DNA of 64,000 bases from positions 48,185-112,184 of the forward strand of contig JAANOX010000255.1 in assembly GCA_020184695.1 (NCBI GenBank), in the 5' to 3' direction. This DNA comes from Histomonas meleagridis 2922-C6/04-290x (lineage: Eukaryota > Protista > Parabasalia). Under the pieces are notes generated by a model that saw nothing but the letters and a program-made list of their open reading frames with translations, ran no database searches and was not told where the DNA came from. This document shows, one piece after another, positions 58,151 through 64,000 of this stretch. The translations under genes and the position numbers were made by a program. How positions within the stretch are numbered: the stretch's first letter is position 1; each line of letters starts with the position of its first letter.

Positions 58151-59406
58151 ATGATTCTTAATAAAAAAATCATTTAATCAATTTAATTTTCACTATATAA
58201 ATTAAAATATCTTAAAATATTTTCTTTTATAGCACACTTTTCACATCTACTCCCAAAAATCTTATGAGAATTTTTATTTTTATTTTTTCTTTACATAAGT
58301 TGAAAATTATCTTGATATTTGAACATTATTATTTATAGAATAAAAAGCACTTTTCAATTTCAGCATTGAATTCAGGTATAGAAAGATTTGCTTGATTCTA
58401 ATAATATACATGTAAAACTATTTGGTCAATTTGAAAATTCATATATAGAGAGTAGGCTGAAAATTAGATATTACGAGATTTCAACTTTATATGAAGTGTT
58501 TTGGAAAGCGTTGAGAATTGATTTGGATTTTATGAAGTTTAGAAGTTAGTCAAAATTTGGTGAAAATGTTGATTTGTGAATCTGAGAGTTAAAATTAGAA
58601 TAGTTTGTAGAGAATAAATTGGCGCCAATGAGTTAGCAATCATTGAAGAGATAAGGTCCATGAGAAGAAGCTGAAGAGAGCTTGAAATTAAATCATATAA
58701 ATTTGGAACAGGAGATGCTTTCATGTTCTTTTGCTATTAGTTTAATATGTTTTAAACTTTCATGAATATTTTGTTCTTGCATAATTATGGGTTCTTAAGA
58801 ACACTTTACTGTCCCTGATCCAACTTCTTCAAACAAAGGCAAGAACACAGATTATGATAATAAATATTATCTTAAATATCTTAAAATTGTCAAAAAGCAA
58901 GAAATTGATCCACCACCCGTTCGAATCACTCTGATTCTCCGTTTCCTGGGTTCCGAAGAAAGAAATTTCTCTGCAATTATTTCTCTCCAGTTATCACGCT
59001 AAATTCCAAAACCAACCCAAAAAGAAAATTGACGTTGAAGATCTGATTAATCGTCAACAAGAAGTCATGAATATTGTTGCAGCACAACTTCAATCAATTT
59101 GGAGCGACCGTTTAAAAACCCGGCATGGAAGGTGTTCTATCGGCGATTTAAAAAATCACATAAACCGGTCAATTCACAACTTTTTCACAACGACAAGTTT
59201 AAACTTATAAAAGTCGAATGTCAATTGACACCAAGCGCATTTTCAATGTTCATCGTTTTCCAAAAAAAATTTCAATTGAGCAAAAAGTCAACCAATCAAA
59301 ACCTCCTACATGATCATTCAATACGTAGCGTTTTGACTCAAAAACCTGGTGATTCACAAAGTTTACACAAATAAGTATGTTTTATTTCACATTTTAAAGA
59401 AGATCC

Positions 59407-59413
59407 TCATTCT
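59407..59413 (+). promoter_or_regulatory. Initiator (Inr)-like element
   Basis: TCATTCT directly before ATG 59414 matches the trichomonad Inr TCAY(T/A). Confidence 0.5.
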
Positions 59414-61411
59414 ATGAAATTATTTCCAGGCATGAAGTTATTTGACTTTACCCTTATTACCTTTATTTTTGGGTTGTTATTTACCCATTCATTCGAAGAA
59501 ACATTAACTATATCAAATACTGAAGATATGAATAACCGATATAATTTCAAAGAAACAACGGATCGTCTGATTATATCTGGTGTTGAAGAAGTTCCATCTA
59601 GTGGTTTTATTGGTTGGTCTTTATTAACTCATGTTGAAATCGGTCATTCAGTCAAGACAATTGGAACAAGTGCATTTGCTCAGTGTTCCAATTTAGAAAG
59701 TGTTGTTCTTGGAGAAAATGTCGAAACAATTAAAGTTGGTGCATTTGATTTCTGTACAAGCTTAAAAAGCTTTGTAATTCCAGCTACAGTTACCTCGATT
59801 ACATTCCCAATATTTAATCGATGTAGTTCTCTTGAATTTATCAAAGTGGATCCAAATAATCAACAGTATTCAAATTACAACCAAATTCAAATACTCTGTA
59901 ATAAAGATATTACCAAAATTTTATGTTATCCAGCAAAACTTCCAGGGGAGAGTTTTGAAATTCCAAAAACCGTTACTTCAATTGAACAATTTGCCTTTTG
60001 TTATTGTACCAATTTAAAGTCAATTACAATTCCAAGCTCAGTAGATACAATTTCTACAAATGTTTTTTATTCATGTGAAAACATTGAAACAATTACCATT
60101 GAAGAAGGAGTAAAAAAAATTTCTTCATCAGCATTTCAAGGCACTTCTATAAAAACACTAACAATTCCAAGTTCTGTTTCAAGTATTTCAGAAAACATAG
60201 TTCGAGAATGTTTGCTCCTTGAATCTCTTACTGTTTCAGAAAACAATTTATATTATGCAAATTCTGAAGATGGAGTTCTTTATAACAAACAATTTACATT
60301 ACTTCTTAGTTATCCAATTGGAAAAAAAGATAAATCATTTATGATTCCTAAAACTGTGACTTCAATTGGAGGGAGTGCATTTATATCAAGTCCTTATTTA
60401 GAAAACATTTTGTTTGAAGGAAATACTTTAGATAAAATTGGAAATTCGGCATTTAGAAATTGTAACAAATTAATTAGGCTTTCTATACCAAATGGAGTTA
60501 CTAAACTTAGTGATAATTCAATACAAATATGCTCAAGTTTAGAATCAATTGATTTGCCAAATACAATTACTCAAATTGGATCTGCAACATTTGAGCAATG
60601 TACGAGTTTAACTTCAATTACGTTACCTGCTTCATTGATAAAAATTGGATCATTCGCATTTTCATCTTGTTCTGCTCTGAAATGTGTATATTTCCTTGGA
60701 GTTAATGCACCACAAGTTCAATCAAATTCATTTTCTCAATGTAATTTAGAATTTGTGATGACATTAGACAATTTTGAAGGTGAAACTTTTGGTATTGATA
60801 CAATTAAAGTGGCTAAAGGATATCCAATTGATGGATGTGCACCAATTTCAGAAATAGAAACATCATCTGAAACAGAAACAACTTCAGAAGAAACATCATC
60901 TGAAATAGAAACAACTACTGAAACAGAGACAACTACTGAAGAAACTTCAACTGAAACAGAAACAACTTCAGAGGAAACATCATCTGAAGAAACATCTACG
61001 GAAGCAGAAACAACTTCAGAAGAAACATCATCTGAAATAGAAACAACTACTGAAACAGAGACAAATACAGAAGAAACATCTACTAAAATAGAAACAACTT
61101 CAGCGGAAACGTCAACAACTACAGAAATAGAAAAAACTTCAGAAATTGAAGGAATTTCAACTGAATCAAATTCAGAAATAGAAACCACTTCAGAGATTGA
61201 AATTACAAATACAGATGAATTAACATCAATAAATGCAGATAGTTCAACTGATGACGATAATATAGGTGTTATTGTTGGTGTTACTGTTGCAATAGTAGTA
61301 GTCATTGTAGCAGTGATTTTAGGTATCATATTTTATCAAAAGAAAAAAGGCATTATCCATTCAAAATCTGAATCATCTCTTACAAGTCAAAATGAAGAAG
61401 AAAATCCATGA
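59414..61411 (+). CDS. BspA-like LRR surface protein with E/T/S-rich stalk and C-terminal TM
   Basis: Signal-like N-terminus, many TpLRR repeats (IPKTVTSIEQFAF, IPSSVDTIS), stalk, TM IGVIVGVTVAIVVVIVAVILGIIFY and a short tail. Confidence 0.92.
   Translation: MKLFPGMKLFDFTLITFIFGLLFTHSFEETLTISNTEDMNNRYNFKETTDRLIISGVEEVPSSGFIGWSLLTHVEIGHSVKTIGTSAFAQCSNLESVVLGENVETIKVGAFDFCTSLKSFVIPATVTSITFPIFNRCSSLEFIKVDPNNQQYSNYNQIQILCNKDITKILCYPAKLPGESFEIPKTVTSIEQFAFCYCTNLKSITIPSSVDTISTNVFYSCENIETITIEEGVKKISSSAFQGTSIKTLTIPSSVSSISENIVRECLLLESLTVSENNLYYANSEDGVLYNKQFTLLLSYPIGKKDKSFMIPKTVTSIGGSAFISSPYLENILFEGNTLDKIGNSAFRNCNKLIRLSIPNGVTKLSDNSIQICSSLESIDLPNTITQIGSATFEQCTSLTSITLPASLIKIGSFAFSSCSALKCVYFLGVNAPQVQSNSFSQCNLEFVMTLDNFEGETFGIDTIKVAKGYPIDGCAPISEIETSSETETTSEETSSEIETTTETETTTEETSTETETTSEETSSEETSTEAETTSEETSSEIETTTETETNTEETSTKIETTSAETSTTTEIEKTSEIEGISTESNSEIETTSEIEITNTDELTSINADSSTDDDNIGVIVGVTVAIVVVIVAVILGIIFYQKKKGIIHSKSESSLTSQNEEENP
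60855..61210 (+). repeat. Low-complexity ETTSEETSSEIETTTE repeats (mucin-like stalk)
   Basis: Repeated gaaacaacttcagaagaaacatcatctgaaatagaaacaactactgaaacagagac units. Confidence 0.85.
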
Positions 61412-63906
61412 ATTTAATAAATAGTTATATAAATAATTTTATTCTGAAACACAAATTTTTTTTCTATTGTGTTAGCACACTAAAGTTCGTAAAAAGTTCA
61501 GAAAACTCAAATTTTATATATATGGAAACATTTTGCTTTAAACTTATTGGATCAAAATTAATATATTTTAAAATTATATCTTTAGATGTTGTTTTAGATA
61601 TATTTTTTATTGAATTGTTTTAACATCATATTTATTATAATATATGATCATATAAGATATTTATTTACAATTAAATGGAAAACATTCTTTGATAATACAT
61701 TTATCGAATTTATTCCTCATTTGATATGATATTAGGTGAATATTTTTTTAATCAATCCAATTCATATATTTTATAAAATAAATAATTTAAAAAGCTTTAT
61801 TTTTAATAATTACATCTTTTATTTTGTAATAAATAAATATGTAATTCTATAATTGATTATATTATATCTTCACATGATCCAAATTGTGAAAATAAAATAA
61901 ACTGTAATTTAACCAAGCCACCAACTGGTTTTGCGAAATGAGAGTAATATGTTGATATAGTATAATCAATAATGTTAAACATTTATTTAATATTAAATTT
62001 TTGTTGATGATATTATTCAAAATAATCTATTATTTTTAAACAACATTTGATAAAATAATTGCAATACTTCTATTCTTGATATATATGTTAAAACTGATAT
62101 ATTGGTTTAATTTTACTGTATTCATTTAGAATTTATCAATGTTAAATATATTAGCTTGTATTTCTTTCATTAATGTATAAAAGTCCTCCCTTGATATACC
62201 TGGAAATAATAATATATCATATATAAATTTTTACAAAAACAAAATTAATATTTATGACCCAAAACAAATTTATTATTATAATGACTAGACTCTAAAATAT
62301 ATAAAATTATGAAAAATACAAATTTCGATAAAAATAAAGATAGTACTATTGCAATATCTGTTGAGGTACGTGTTCCTGTTCCTGTCACAATATTTGCTAT
62401 CATATTTTATTAGTATATCATAAAAGAAATATAACACAGTGTAATGAAGGATATTATGCAGGAGAAAAAGATTGATATAGAATTATGAATAGCAGTGTAA
62501 ATGTAAAAAATGTGTAATTACTAAGTAGGAAAGATCTCTTCCTAAATAATTAATTTTAAAAGATCTTGATGAATTATTGAGTTTCTGTTGACTTTTGATA
62601 GAAACCATGAAAAACACTTGAAACAAAGTATAATAATGTTAAATAATTGATTTATTATGTGTATTATATTAAATATTTGATTTATTAGGTGGAATGTGTG
62701 GATGGATTGTGCCAAACAAAACGAATGCCTTTTTGATACTTTTCTTTTGTTGTTCTTTTTGTTATTAATATGATCTGCTATTCCATTCAGTCCATTTGAT
62801 TCATCACTTTCGTCGTCATCATTTTCCATATTTGATTTTTCTTTAGCACTTCTTTCAATACATGTTACATCTTTTGTCGAATTCGAGTCCTTCTTTATCT
62901 ATATTCTGTATTTGTTTCATTATTTGCCACACAATTTCACATTGATCATTTAAATCATGTACATCTTCTTCGTATCTATTATCCAATTTGATGTCATTAT
63001 CATCGAAACTTTGGGTTTCATCAGTTTTATTATTTCTATATCTTAAATTCTCATTAATTTCTTTAAGTGCTTTACGCGAAATTTTCTCTTCATTAAGTTG
63101 GAAACATTCTGTAACTTTCTCTATGCAAAACATTGATATACATTTATTTATTAATTTATGGCCTTTGACTTTAATTTCCCAATTTGTATTTTTACTAAAG
63201 CTAATTCCAAAGTATTATCATGTTACCAACTTGGGAAGACTTAACAAATTTTGGTAGTCGAGAAATTAATGTTTTCGAAAACAATGCACAATGAAATACT
63301 TCTGATCACGGATTAGAATCAGCATCCTTAAAACATATTAAACAAAATTACTTAAGATCTTCAAGGTTAACATTTTATGCAAATTTGTTGATGATAATTA
63401 TACATTCAATAGCACTTACAAAATTTCATGAGTTTGATGGTTATACCAACATATATATGTAATAACAATGATGTTAATGATTGTCTTTATTTTATGAAAT
63501 CACTTGCAATAGTATTAAAATATGTTCACTAACTGGTTCATTTGTTTTAGGTTCATGTTTTTTTAATGCTCCAACAACTTCTGGAAGAAAATTCATCATT
63601 TCATCATAAAATTCTGTGTTTAGTATTTGAAATAATGTTTACATTAATAATAATCGATAGTGTAATGTTGGTGGTGATTGAGCTTTTGTTGTTGTATTTA
63701 ACGCATTAAGTAATACAGATGTAAGTGAAGATTTTGGGGATGTATATAAATGCAAAAAGGCGCCAAATTAACTTTTTGTGAGAAAAAATTGTTTTTGAAT
63801 AAATTTGAATTTAAAAAACGATTGGCAAATTTTTTCGGGTGCGCTAAAGGAACCGCCCGCAATTGAAAGGAATTGAACATATCGGATATTGGTAGGTATA
63901 TAATGC

Positions 63907-63983
63907 GGTCGGGACTGATCCCGAGGACCCTAGGGGCCCCGCCGGGGGCGGGGCCCCTAGGGACCTCGTGATCATTCCCGACC
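63907..63983. repeat. GC-rich 77-bp palindrome/hairpin
   Basis: 37-bp arms with 3 mismatches and a 3-nt loop. Perfect inner stem ccctaggggccccgcc (63928-63943) / ggcggggcccctaggg (63947-63962). Confidence 0.92.
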
Positions 63984-64000
63984 TTTACTTTTCACTGGGG

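Noticed and set aside
58540-59380. Coding-like fragments upstream of the BspA gene
   Set aside because: Multiple stops and no recognisable family; cannot be assigned.
61700-63660. Degenerate TM/stalk-like relic and minus-strand ORF fragments (62542-63133)
   Set aside because: Too fragmentary to name; checked by eye for the 20-nt micro-exon periodicity and none was seen.
1-64000. rRNA or tRNA genes
   Set aside because: No recognisable cloverleaf or rRNA-like segment was seen by eye; tRNAscan/Infernal would be needed to exclude them.

Overview
AT-rich eukaryotic genomic DNA, most likely from a parabasalid (Tritrichomonas/Trichomonas-like). This rests on BspA-type LRR surface proteins, a DUF3447-ankyrin gene, very short intergenic regions with Inr/M2/M3-like motifs, and essentially no GT-AG introns. 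Housekeeping genes: Hsp110, eIF3b, a NEK kinase, MCM7, ecto-5'-nucleotidase, a PMT glycosyltransferase, WDR74/Nsa1 and a P4-ATPase. Accessory material: a ~2.6 kb x 3.3 tandem BspA array, several frameshifted genes and a cluster of dead DNA transposons (53.5-58.2 kb). The standout is the ankyrin gene at 7257-9724. Every ankyrin beta-hairpin linker is encoded as single codons separated by fixed-length 17-nt non-GT-AG spacers (28 spacers, 20 micro-exons). Removing exactly 17 nt at each spacer restores one 663-aa ORF with consensus linkers such as NSGDTPL and DKSGETTL. All protein assignments are from motif recognition by eye; no database searches were run.
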